From Bacteroidota bacterium (lineage in GTDB: Bacteria; Bacteroidota; JABWAT01), in assembly GCA_017303995.1 (NCBI GenBank), contig JAFLBE010000009.1, positions 13,993 through 77,992 on the forward strand: a DNA stretch of 64,000 nucleotides. Reading direction: 5' to 3'. How positions within the stretch are numbered: position 1 is the stretch's first letter; each line of letters starts with the position of its first letter. The notes beneath the pieces were generated by a model. It worked only from the letters and a program-made list of their open reading frames with translations, had not been told where the DNA came from and made no database searches. Of the stretch, positions 1-9,366 are shown in pieces. A program made the position numbers and the translations under genes.

Positions 1-53
1 CTTCCCCAACAAGTCAGGAACATCTGGCTGCATTCTATAAGAAAACGAGACCA

Positions 54-299
54 ATGGGTCCGGGCTGGAGAAAATTTCGTGAAGAGCTTAAACTTGAAGG
101 GAAGGGAATTCCGCTTTCCCGGCTATTTAAGTTATGGTTTTATGGTGTTGTGGTCATTTACTTTACCCTTTTTGCAATTGCGGAAGTGATTTTCAGCCGG
201 CTTGATCTGGCTTTGACCTTTACTGGAATTGTACTTTTAGCCGTTGCGCTTCTTAAACTGGATTATGACAAGCATGGCTGGCGGATGTTGAACGAGTGA
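54..299 (+). CDS. small hypothetical membrane protein (81 aa, two predicted TM segments); overlaps xerD start by ATGA
   Basis: ORF with hydrophobic stretches (FYGVVVIYFTLFAIAEVIF, LTFTGIVLLAVALL). Its stop overlaps the next start. I recognised no homology. Confidence 0.35.
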   Translation: MGPGWRKFREELKLEGKGIPLSRLFKLWFYGVVVIYFTLFAIAEVIFSRLDLALTFTGIVLLAVALLKLDYDKHGWRMLNE

Positions 300-1210
300 A
301 AAAATATGTTTTCCCGGTCTTTCCTGCCGTTTTTCAGCGGTACCTTCAGTTTGTAAGAATTGAAAAAAACCTTGCAGGAAATTCCCTTCAATCATACAGT
401 CTTGATTTGGTCCGTTATGCAGGTTTTCTTCAGGATCATAAAATCACATCGTTGGGTTACGTTGATCTGAAATTAATTGAAACCTACCTGCGGGTTCTTT
501 ACGACCTTGGCCTTGCCCCTTCTTCCATTGCCAGAAATATGTCGAGTCTGAAAGGCTTTCACCGGTTTATTGCCTCTGAAGGAATCATGGCTTCTGACCC
601 CACTGAACTGATTGATTCCATCAAACTTCCCAAAAAACTGCCCGATGTTCTTACCGTACAAGAAGTTTTTTCAATTTTAGAGGCTGCAGATCCGAATGAC
701 CGAATCGGATTGCGGGATCGTGCAATTCTTGAGACGTTATATGCGACCGGAGTCAGAGTTGGTGAATTGATTACCCTGCGGCAATCTCAGCTGTTTTTTG
801 ATGTTGAATTGATCAGGGTGTTTGGAAAAGGGTCAAAAGAAAGAATTGTACCTATTGGGGGAAGTGCAATGTCGATGATTAGCCGATACCAGGCGTCAAC
901 CCGGCCAACATTGGCAACTTCAGGAAAAAGTGCGGATGTTTTGTTTTTAAACCAGCGTGGAACTGGTTTGAGCAGGATGGCAATTTTAACCCTTGTAAAA
1001 ACCTACGCATCACTTGCTGGTGTTACTAAGGAAGTGACGCCCCATACCTTCCGGCATTCGTTTGCAACACATCTTCTTGAAGGTGGAGCTGATTTACGTG
1101 CAGTCCAGGAGATGCTGGGTCATGCTGATATTTCAACAACGCAGATTTATACCCATATCGACAGAGAATTTCTAAAGGAAATTCATTTTCAGTTTCATCC
1201 GAGAAAATAA
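296..1210 (+). CDS. xerD: tyrosine site-specific recombinase, XerC/XerD family
   Basis: The C-terminal catalytic motifs HTFRHSFATHLLEGGADLRAVQEMLGH...TQIYTH (R-H-R-Y tyrosine recombinase signature) are present. The N-terminal SAM-like domain has LKGFHRF. Confidence 0.8.
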   Translation: MKKYVFPVFPAVFQRYLQFVRIEKNLAGNSLQSYSLDLVRYAGFLQDHKITSLGYVDLKLIETYLRVLYDLGLAPSSIARNMSSLKGFHRFIASEGIMASDPTELIDSIKLPKKLPDVLTVQEVFSILEAADPNDRIGLRDRAILETLYATGVRVGELITLRQSQLFFDVELIRVFGKGSKERIVPIGGSAMSMISRYQASTRPTLATSGKSADVLFLNQRGTGLSRMAILTLVKTYASLAGVTKEVTPHTFRHSFATHLLEGGADLRAVQEMLGHADISTTQIYTHIDREFLKEIHFQFHPRK

Positions 1211-1240
1211 AATCCCGGTTTCATACCTTAGGTTATAAAT

Positions 1241-1864
1241 CTACTTTACTTCTTCCACTATATAAGTCTGATTCACCACTCCAATTACTCTGACTTGCTT
1301 TCCTGTTTCTATCGGGCGGTGCAGCATTTCAATAGCATCCGCTTCAAATTCTGAATTTTCCACCAGAATTTTGATTTTTCCGGATTTTTCCTTTGAAATA
1401 GATTCAATAACTAGTCCAGCTGCCCGGATTCCAACCTCAGGTCCTTCGTTTTTTGATCGGACGAATGCAATGATCCCGGTTACGGTTTCTCCTGTAATCC
1501 AGGAAATCAGAATTCCTGAAATAATTGATCCCACACTAATTAAAAAGGGAGTTGTGCTGGAAATATCGGACAGAAAAATTCCTGAAAGGCCAGTAAAAAA
1601 CAAAATCAGGCTGATACCGGGAAATGAATACAAATGAAATTTTACAACAGCAGGGGCAGATTGATTATCGGTTGAATCTGAAGTTGCAAGTCCGGGATTT
1701 CCATAAAATGAACTCAAAAGCAGGTTAATGAAAATGCAAAACCCTCCAAGAGAAACAAGGAAGAAAAAAACAAAATTTAAAATTGACATAATTGCATTCA
1801 AGGTGATTTTCGTATAAGTTTTGATCAATTCGTAAAAATCGTGAATAAAAAGTGAAATAACCAT
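1241..1864 (-). CDS. NfeD-family membrane protein (membrane-bound protease-associated, C-terminal OB-fold)
   Basis: The N-terminal half is multi-TM and the C-terminal half is a soluble beta-rich domain (KIKILVENSEFEADAIE...GKQVRVIGVVNQTYIVEEV), typical of the NfeD short form. Confidence 0.55.
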   Translation of the reverse strand: MVISLFIHDFYELIKTYTKITLNAIMSILNFVFFFLVSLGGFCIFINLLLSSFYGNPGLATSDSTDNQSAPAVVKFHLYSFPGISLILFFTGLSGIFLSDISSTTPFLISVGSIISGILISWITGETVTGIIAFVRSKNEGPEVGIRAAGLVIESISKEKSGKIKILVENSEFEADAIEMLHRPIETGKQVRVIGVVNQTYIVEEVK

Positions 1865-1964
1865 GCCTGATTCCTCACAATTTCAGACCACTTTGGCAAG
1901 GTTCTATTTTTTTTAGCAGGATTGAATCGTATTTTAGCTGTTTATTTACCAGAATTCTGGGGCT

Positions 1965-2858
1965 ATGTCAAAAGATTTCAAAGTTGGTTTTACGGTTTTC
2001 ATTTCTCTCGTCGTTTTATTTGCCGGATTGATTTGGCTGAAAGGCTGGTCATTTTCGCAAAAACATAAAGTTGTTGTGGCAAGATTTGATGACACCATCG
2101 GTTTGCTTGAAGGTGACCCTGTCTATGTACGCGGAACCAACGTGGGAAAAGTTGGGCAAATTTCTAATGACGGAGATCAGGTTTCTGTTAAACTTGTACT
2201 TGATGAAGAAATAGTGTTATATACAGATGCCGTTGCAAAAATTGGCATGCTCGAATTGCTTGCCGGTAAAAAAATTGATGTTGTCCCCGGGATTTCAGGA
2301 ATTCAGCTTCCTGATGGAGGGCTGATAACAGGGGCGATTGGTGCCGATATTCCCCGGATGCTTAGTCAGGTTAATGATGTAAGTGATGACCTGAAATTGC
2401 TCATCAAAAACTTGAATGTGACCCTTGACGGATTAAATAAAGTGATTGCCAATCAGCAGTTTCAGCAAAACACACTCACATTATTTGAAAATCTTGCAGA
2501 AACCAGCCAGAATCTTGCAAACATGACTGCAAATTTGGATAAAAATAGTAGTAAACTGGATTCATTGGCCAATCGCATCAACAGGCTGGTTCTTTCAATG
2601 AATTCGGCAATAACAGAGTTAACGCCCAAAGCTGGAACCATGCTGACATCAACGTCTGAAACCATGATTCAACTCAATAAAACGATTTCACAACTTAATG
2701 ATCTGACAGGCAAATTAAATAATAACAAGTCACTTGGTAACCAATTGCTGACTGATGAAAAATTTGCCGAACGGTTTAACGCCACTATCGATTCCCTTAA
2801 TTTGTTCATGAACCACATCCGGAATAAACCCGTAAAACTGGAAGTTGATCTATGGTAA
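1965..2858 (+). CDS. MlaD/Mce-family protein (outer-membrane lipid asymmetry / Mce domain)
   Basis: An N-terminal TM anchor is followed by an Mce domain (VVVARFDDTIGLLEGDPVYVRGTNVGKV). The C-terminal region is coiled-coil. Confidence 0.7.
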   Translation: MSKDFKVGFTVFISLVVLFAGLIWLKGWSFSQKHKVVVARFDDTIGLLEGDPVYVRGTNVGKVGQISNDGDQVSVKLVLDEEIVLYTDAVAKIGMLELLAGKKIDVVPGISGIQLPDGGLITGAIGADIPRMLSQVNDVSDDLKLLIKNLNVTLDGLNKVIANQQFQQNTLTLFENLAETSQNLANMTANLDKNSSKLDSLANRINRLVLSMNSAITELTPKAGTMLTSTSETMIQLNKTISQLNDLTGKLNNNKSLGNQLLTDEKFAERFNATIDSLNLFMNHIRNKPVKLEVDLW

Positions 2859-2905
2859 CCTTCAGCAAAAAAAAGTGTTCAACCCCCCTGAATGGAGAAT
2901 TCCCA

Positions 2906-4213
2906 ATGACATCCGTAAGAGTTTTGATAGGTACCTTGCTTCTGTTTACCTTTTCTTCAGGTTTTACTCAGATTTATACTGCCACAGGGCGCCTAACCCA
3001 TGCGATGATGGCAGATATGCAAAAATTAGCCACTTATAAAGTAAGTTTTGATGCATTTGGAAGTTACCTCCCCGGTACATTCAGCGGCCAGACTGGTTCC
3101 GGTGCACTTCTAAATCAGAATTATTTGGGTTTGGATTATGGCATTACCGACAATTTTCAGGTTTCAGCTATATTCAACGTTCTTCAGATGAATCATTCTT
3201 CCTCAAAGTCAACATTCAATGCGGGTCCGGTTACCCTTGGAATGAAAATTGGGAATTTACCTTTTCTTGATGGCAGAGTTCAGACCGGATTTTTAATCGG
3301 GACAAGTTTTGCTATCGGTGATCTTAATAATGTTCCTTTTTATCCGTATTACTCGGGAACTGTTGAAATTGGCATTGGTAATATTACCTCATGGTATCTG
3401 GATTCTGAAAGCCCTGAACAAGGACAAAGTCTTCACTTTAATGTCATGCTGATGAATCACAATGAAAACCAGCTTGAGATGTCAAAAATAGATAGTGTTA
3501 GCTATGAAATTCCGGGTCGGGCGGTCGGAGTAAAATATGCAATCGGATATTTATATCCTTACGGAAGCTGGAATTTCTATACTGAAGTTTGGGGCGAGTG
3601 GTTTTACAAACAACCAGACAAAGTTATGTTTTCCAGAGAATCCTATTCATATTTGAATGCCGGACTTAAATACAAATTTGCCTATTGGGAATTAAATGCT
3701 TCAGCAGATGTCCAGGTAATGGGATTTACTGAGGAAACTGATTTTGTAGCTTCAACTGCAATTGGTTATCCAAAAGTTTTTATAGAGGATAAGAATTATT
3801 CCCCTTTCTTTGTTAATCTTGGTGTAACGATGAACTTTTCTGATATTGTAAACTCCTGGATGGGTTACAGTATTGCAACATACAATTACAACCTGGTTAC
3901 GGCTGATAAATATACAGACGATCTCAGAAAAGATGACGTACTTACCAAAATTGAAATGGAATATTACCGTACCATGTACGAATGTTTCAGAAATGCAAAA
4001 CGGTTTGATGAAAACATCAAAGGAACGCTTTACATTGATTTCACAGTAAAGCCAGATGGCACTGTTGAAAATGAAAAGGTTGTCATTTCTACTTTTGATT
4101 CTGCTTTGACTTCCCAGGTCGAAGATTGTATGATTGGTCAGGTTCATGACTGGGTTTTCCCTAAAGGCGAGAAACCCTTGCGTTTTGAAATCTTACCTCT
4201 GAATTTCAAATGA
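2906..4213 (+). CDS. secreted/outer-membrane hypothetical protein with a C-terminal TonB-C-like domain
   Basis: There is a signal peptide (MTSVRVLIGTLLLFTFSSGFTQ) and the body is rich in aromatic/Gly residues, like a beta-barrel. The last ~90 aa (IKGTLYIDFTVKPDGTVENEKVV...VHDWVFPKGEKP) follow the TonB_C/energy-transducer fold pattern. The start is chosen at the internal Met after the MlaD stop. Confidence 0.4.
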   Translation: MTSVRVLIGTLLLFTFSSGFTQIYTATGRLTHAMMADMQKLATYKVSFDAFGSYLPGTFSGQTGSGALLNQNYLGLDYGITDNFQVSAIFNVLQMNHSSSKSTFNAGPVTLGMKIGNLPFLDGRVQTGFLIGTSFAIGDLNNVPFYPYYSGTVEIGIGNITSWYLDSESPEQGQSLHFNVMLMNHNENQLEMSKIDSVSYEIPGRAVGVKYAIGYLYPYGSWNFYTEVWGEWFYKQPDKVMFSRESYSYLNAGLKYKFAYWELNASADVQVMGFTEETDFVASTAIGYPKVFIEDKNYSPFFVNLGVTMNFSDIVNSWMGYSIATYNYNLVTADKYTDDLRKDDVLTKIEMEYYRTMYECFRNAKRFDENIKGTLYIDFTVKPDGTVENEKVVISTFDSALTSQVEDCMIGQVHDWVFPKGEKPLRFEILPLNFK

Positions 4214-5904
4214 GTTTTTCAAACCGGATTATTCCGGTAGGTCTTGTCCTGCTGTTTCTTCTCTCCTCACCGGTTCCTGCACAACGCATTGAACCGGTCT
4301 CCGGCAAAAATGGTATCGTTGTTTCTGCTCATCCGTTAGCCAGTGAGGCAGGTCTTGCTGTTCTTAAATCTGGCGGAAATGCATTTGATGCGGCTGTCGC
4401 AGTTGGATTTGCACTCCAATCTGTTCACCCAACTGCTGGAAATATAGGTGGGGGTGGATTTGCAGTGGTTCGTCTTAAAGATGGATCTTCGTTTTCACTT
4501 GATTTCCGTGAAACTGCACCATCAGGCTCCTCCAGAGATATGTATGTCACAAATGGGAAAGCAGATGGTCGTCTTTCAACAGTTGGTGCCCTTTCTGCAG
4601 GAGTTCCCGGAACGGTCGACGGGTTAAGTCAGCTCCAAAAAAAGTGGGGTAAGCTTTCCTGGCAAAGCTGCATTGAAGCCTCAGTAAAACTTGCCCGGTT
4701 TCACCTTCTCAGTCAACAATCCGCTAAAACCCTGAATCAGTTCCGGTCCGATCTTTCACTGTTTCCCGAAACATCCTCAATTTATGTAAAAAAAGATGGT
4801 TCCGACTGGATGACGGGAGATACTTTATTTCAGCCGGATCTTGAAAAAACGTTAGAGAGAATTGCAAAATCAGGTCCCAAAGAATTTTACACCGGCGAAA
4901 CTGCCAGGTTAATTCTGAATTCTGTTAAAAAGCATCAGGGTCTCATTTCTGATTCTGATCTGCAGAACTATCAATCAAAATGGCGTAATCCATTGAAAGG
5001 CAATTACAGAGGAACAGAACTCATATCGATGGGACTTCCTTCCAGTGGTGGAATTATTTTGCTTCAAACTTTGAATATGCTTGAAACAACAACAATTGAT
5101 ACCGCAAATTTCAGAACCACGACTTTTGTCCATAATTTTTCAAGAGCCCTGCAGCTTGCCTATTCTGACCGGGCAAAATATATGGGTGATCCTGATTTTG
5201 TAAAGGTTCCTTTTGATACATTAATTTCAAAATCCTACGCAAAAAGGAGATTTAATCAAACCAGGTCAGACCGTAAATTACCATCACAGGAAGTTCAATC
5301 TGGCGTTATTTCTGGTTTTGAGCATGAAGAAACAACCCATTTCTCCATTGTTGATAACGAGGGCAATGCTGTCAGTATAACCTATACATTAAACGGAGCA
5401 TTTGGTTCATTTCTTGTTGTTGATGGCGCCGGATTTTTACTTAATAATGAAATGGATGATTTCAGTATTCAACCTGGGGTCCCGAATTCGTACGGACTCA
5501 TTGGTGGAAAGGCAAATGAAATCCAACCTGGAAAGCGAATGTTGAGCAGCATGACCCCTATGATTGCTGTTCGTGACAATAAACCGTGGCTTATCATCGG
5601 AAGTCCGGGCGGATCAACCATTCCCACAACAGTTTTGCAAACTTTTCTTAATGTTTTTCATTTTAAAATGACGATTCAGGAAGCTGTAAATGCGGGTCGG
5701 ATTCACTATCAATGGTTGCCTGATATTTTGTTTTACGAGAAGCATACACTCAGTTCTGAGCTTGTTGGCAATCTTGAAAAATTAGGGTATCAATGTGTCC
5801 AGCGATCTGGGTATCAGGGTCGTTGTGATGCCATCGAAATCAAAAATGGGTGGTATTTTGGGGGCGCTGACCCTCGTGGTGACGATTCTGCAGCTGCCTG
5901 GTAA
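4210..5904 (+). CDS. ggt: gamma-glutamyltranspeptidase
   Basis: GGT signatures are present: GGGGFAVVR, the nucleophile-region TTHFSIVD and GSPGGSTI. A signal peptide is present. Confidence 0.85.
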   Translation: MSFSNRIIPVGLVLLFLLSSPVPAQRIEPVSGKNGIVVSAHPLASEAGLAVLKSGGNAFDAAVAVGFALQSVHPTAGNIGGGGFAVVRLKDGSSFSLDFRETAPSGSSRDMYVTNGKADGRLSTVGALSAGVPGTVDGLSQLQKKWGKLSWQSCIEASVKLARFHLLSQQSAKTLNQFRSDLSLFPETSSIYVKKDGSDWMTGDTLFQPDLEKTLERIAKSGPKEFYTGETARLILNSVKKHQGLISDSDLQNYQSKWRNPLKGNYRGTELISMGLPSSGGIILLQTLNMLETTTIDTANFRTTTFVHNFSRALQLAYSDRAKYMGDPDFVKVPFDTLISKSYAKRRFNQTRSDRKLPSQEVQSGVISGFEHEETTHFSIVDNEGNAVSITYTLNGAFGSFLVVDGAGFLLNNEMDDFSIQPGVPNSYGLIGGKANEIQPGKRMLSSMTPMIAVRDNKPWLIIGSPGGSTIPTTVLQTFLNVFHFKMTIQEAVNAGRIHYQWLPDILFYEKHTLSSELVGNLEKLGYQCVQRSGYQGRCDAIEIKNGWYFGGADPRGDDSAAAW

Positions 5905-6151
5905 CCAAAAACATCCAATTTTGTATTTTTAACAATATTTGAAAATTAATGAAAAGCTAATCTGAATACTTGATTTTTTTCCTCATGCCATTCTGCCCTG
6001 AATTCTGCACTTTTCCCCCACTCCGGTTCTGAAATTCCTGAAAACTTCGCAACTATCTGATTTTTAAAGACTTTGGACAATTAAAAATAATTTGCAAATA
6101 AATAAATTATTTGTAAATTACAGTAGGTAAGTCCGGAATTATAAAAAAGAT

Positions 6152-8350
6152 ATGTCGATATCACTGCTAAATGAACCTGCGGAACAGAATCTGAACCGGC
6201 TTTTGGAAACTTGTCACCGGAATTTAAAAACGGTTGATGACGGGTTGATCAGAAAGGCTTTTCAGTTCTCTTACACTGCCCATCAAAATATACAAAGGGC
6301 CAGTGGGGAACCGTATTTCATTCATCCGCTTGCAGTTGCTACCATTCTTGCCGAAGAATTGATTCTGGATGATATCTCGGTTGCAGCAGCACTTCTTCAT
6401 GATATCATTGAAGACACCGACTATGAATTTGATTTCCTGAAAAAGGAATTTGGTGTTACCGTCGCAAATTTAGTTGATGGTGCCACCAAAATAACCGACA
6501 TGTTTAAAAGCCATGAAGTCACTGAAGCTGAATCCTTCAGAAAACTCATGCTTTTCATGATCAAAGATATTAGGGTTATTCTGGTCAAGTTTGCTGACCG
6601 GCTTCATAACATGCGCACGCTGCAGTTCCTTCCTCACCCGAAACAAGTTAAAATCGCAACCGAAACCCTCGATATTTATGCACCTCTGGCTCACCGGTTC
6701 GGTCTCTGGCAGATTAAATGGGAGCTTGAAGATCTGAGTTTTAAATACCTGAATCCGGAATCCTACGAAGATATTTTCAGAAAAGTAAATGCACGTCGTG
6801 AAGAACGTGAAGGTTATATTGGCCAGTTCACCAATCCCATTGCAGAACGGTTGACGGCTGCCGGATTTCATTTTGAACTTTCAGGTCGTCCCAAGCATTT
6901 TTACTCGATTTACAACAAGATGGTGAACCGGGGCAAACCTTTCGAAGAAATTTATGACTTGTTTGCCGTGAGAATCATTCTCGACACCCAGCAGGCTTAT
7001 GACTGTTTTACCGTTTATGGCATTGTAAGTGATATTTATTTTCCGGTTCCGGTTCGGTTTAAAGATTATATTTCTGTTCCAAAACACAATGGCTATCAAA
7101 GTATCCATACAACAGTTGTTGGACCCGAAGGCAAATTGGTTGAAGTCCAGATCAGAACCCGTAAAATGCATGAAATTGCTGAAAAGGGAGTTGCCGCTCA
7201 CTGGTCTTACAAAGAAGCCGGTGAATCTGTTGTCAATAAGCAAAGTGATGAATGGATCAGCTGGGTCAGAGAAATTTTTGACCAGGCAGACAGTTCTGAA
7301 AATCCGAATCAGTTTATCGAAGATTTTAAACTGAATCTGTTTCAGGATGAAATATTTATTTTCACGCCGAAGGGTGATCTCAAAATCCTTCCGAAAGGGT
7401 CGACCCCGGTAGATTTTGCCTATGAAATCCATACCAACGTGGGAAATCACTGTATTGGCGCCAAAATTAATGGTAAAATTGTTCCTCTGAATACCCGAAT
7501 CGACAACGGTAATCAGGTTGAAATTATTACATCCAAAAATCAGAAACCCAATCCGGATTGGGAAAAGTTTGTTGTTACCCACAAAGCTAAAAGCAAAATC
7601 AGGGCTTTTCTGAATGAAGAAAAACGGAAGATAACTGAGCTTGGCCGTGAAATGTGGGAAAAAAGGGTTAAAAAGCTCAAGCTGAAGTTCACTGATCTTG
7701 AATTAAATAAGCTGACTCAGGATTTGAAATACTCAAATCAGTCGGCGTTTTTCTATGCGATCGGTTTCGGACTTTTCAATCATGAGGATTATCTCGAAAA
7801 ATATATCATCCGGCAGACGGCAAAAAAAGAACAGAAAGCGGATGAGAAACCTGAGTTTGGCACTTTCGAAGAATTTGTAAAGACATCCCGTTCCGGCCAG
7901 AAAACCTTGGTTGTTGAAGGTAAAAACGCCAATATTCAGATGAATTATGCCAAGTGCTGCAATCCCGTTCCCGGTGATGAAATTGTGGGATACGTGACCA
8001 TTGGCGAAGGTATTAAAGTCCACCGGAAGAATTGCCGGAATATTGTAAATTATTCAAACAGTGAAGTGCTTCGCCTGGTCGATGTTGACTGGCCAAAAGG
8101 TGCTCACGAAGATTTTATGGCTGGAATCAGGCTTTCTGGTGAAGACAGGAAAGGGTTGGTTTCTGATATCACCAATGTGATTTCAAAAACAATGAACACG
8201 AATATCAGAGGTTTAAATTTTAATACCAAGGATGGAATATTTGACGGTTCCATCATCGTTTTTGTTAATGATGTTGATCATTTGTTACGGATTATTGACC
8301 GGATGAAACGGATCGAGGGTGTGAAGTCGGTAGCCCGTCTTGAAGAGTGA
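6152..8350 (+). CDS. bifunctional (p)ppGpp synthetase/hydrolase, RelA/SpoT (RSH) family
   Basis: It has an HD hydrolase domain (LLHDIIEDT), a synthetase domain (RFKDYISVPKHNGYQSIHTTV), and TGS and ACT-like C-terminal domains (GLVSDITNVIS). Confidence 0.85.
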   Translation: MSISLLNEPAEQNLNRLLETCHRNLKTVDDGLIRKAFQFSYTAHQNIQRASGEPYFIHPLAVATILAEELILDDISVAAALLHDIIEDTDYEFDFLKKEFGVTVANLVDGATKITDMFKSHEVTEAESFRKLMLFMIKDIRVILVKFADRLHNMRTLQFLPHPKQVKIATETLDIYAPLAHRFGLWQIKWELEDLSFKYLNPESYEDIFRKVNARREEREGYIGQFTNPIAERLTAAGFHFELSGRPKHFYSIYNKMVNRGKPFEEIYDLFAVRIILDTQQAYDCFTVYGIVSDIYFPVPVRFKDYISVPKHNGYQSIHTTVVGPEGKLVEVQIRTRKMHEIAEKGVAAHWSYKEAGESVVNKQSDEWISWVREIFDQADSSENPNQFIEDFKLNLFQDEIFIFTPKGDLKILPKGSTPVDFAYEIHTNVGNHCIGAKINGKIVPLNTRIDNGNQVEIITSKNQKPNPDWEKFVVTHKAKSKIRAFLNEEKRKITELGREMWEKRVKKLKLKFTDLELNKLTQDLKYSNQSAFFYAIGFGLFNHEDYLEKYIIRQTAKKEQKADEKPEFGTFEEFVKTSRSGQKTLVVEGKNANIQMNYAKCCNPVPGDEIVGYVTIGEGIKVHRKNCRNIVNYSNSEVLRLVDVDWPKGAHEDFMAGIRLSGEDRKGLVSDITNVISKTMNTNIRGLNFNTKDGIFDGSIIVFVNDVDHLLRIIDRMKRIEGVKSVARLEE

Positions 8351-8375
8351 GCTTTTACACACGAAAGGGAAGAAA

Positions 8376-8723
8376 ATGAAACCTAGAGTTAAAACTCTGA
8401 CCAAAAAAGACGTAGCCAAGAAGGTTGCTGAAGATAATGATGAGCGGTTGTATCATACCTCAAAATGGGTAGATTCAACGTTTGCCGCACTTCGGGAACT
8501 TATGCTGACCACTGATGAAGAGGTCAGGATTGAAATTCGTGATTTTGGTGTTTTTGAAGTGAAAATTACCCGGCCCAAACCGAAAGCCCGCAATCCAAAA
8601 ACCGGCGATACGGTTTACATTCCCTGGAGAAAGAAAACTCACTTTAAGCCAAGCAAACTCATTCGTGAAGCTCTTCAACAGCCCCTTTCGGATGAAAAAA
8701 TCAAAGAAATTATGGAAGAATAG
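8376..8723 (+). CDS. HU/IHF-family DNA-binding protein
   Basis: The HU-fold arm motif is RDFGVFEVKITRPKPKARNPKTGDTVYIPWRKKTHFKPSKLIRE. The start is set at the internal Met after the relA stop. Confidence 0.65.
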   Translation: MKPRVKTLTKKDVAKKVAEDNDERLYHTSKWVDSTFAALRELMLTTDEEVRIEIRDFGVFEVKITRPKPKARNPKTGDTVYIPWRKKTHFKPSKLIREALQQPLSDEKIKEIMEE

Positions 8724-9134
8724 ATGACCGGATTTTATCTCGGCCTCGATTTGGGAGATGTCAGAACCGGAATTGCAAAATCGGATCCGCTTGGCATTCT
8801 GGCGACGCCGCTCAAAACCATTCCTGCCGGTACTTTACTGGATGAACTGAAGCAATTAGTTTCTTCTGACTGTAAAGGATTGGTGATCGGAATGCCCTTT
8901 AACCTGAAAGGACAGGCTGAGCAAAAGGCAAAATTTGTTGAAACTGTGATAACGTCCATCCGGGGTGAGTTTCCCGATCTTCCCATCGTGACTCTGGATG
9001 AACGGTTTACGAGCAGAATTGCCCAGCAACAGATTCTAGCTTCAGGCCGAGGTAAAAAAGCCCGTCAGGAAAAAGGTCTCGTTGACCGCCAAGCAGCAGC
9101 CATTATTTTGCAGGATTATTTGAACAGCAAATAA
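8724..9134 (+). CDS. ruvX: Holliday junction resolvase-like protein YqgF/RuvX
   Basis: The N-terminus is GLDLGDVRTGIAKSD, the RuvX/YqgF RNase H-like signature. Confidence 0.8.
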   Translation: MTGFYLGLDLGDVRTGIAKSDPLGILATPLKTIPAGTLLDELKQLVSSDCKGLVIGMPFNLKGQAEQKAKFVETVITSIRGEFPDLPIVTLDERFTSRIAQQQILASGRGKKARQEKGLVDRQAAAIILQDYLNSK

Positions 9135-9366
9135 TCAATGATTAATGGTAAATGATTAATGATCAATGGTTAATGGTTAGTGAAATTAGGAATCCCGGAA
9201 ATAAATCCCGAAGGGATTAAATACGAATAACCCCGGATCACAATCCGGTGGTTCAATATGAAGAAAATCAATCAACCCCGAATGGGGTTGAAAAATCTTA
9301 GGCAATCTGAACAAATTCCCGCATTTAAAATTTATATTCTGAGTTTCAATTAGGGCCGATCCTAAC

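Noticed and set aside
296-1210. XerD as marker of an integrative mobile element or integron
   Set aside because: It is a single tyrosine recombinase with no adjacent attI/attC-like repeats, cargo genes, transposase or tRNA. It is consistent with the chromosomal dimer-resolution recombinase.
6881-7582. 233-aa minus-strand ORF, together with other antisense ORFs 6470..6871, 7733..8023, 473..661, 17275..17673 and 22946..23209
   Set aside because: They are fully antisense to strongly supported genes (relA/spoT, xerD, the CorC-family gene, ftsY). Their translations are Phe/Ile/Asn-rich low-complexity shadows typical of AT-rich genomes.
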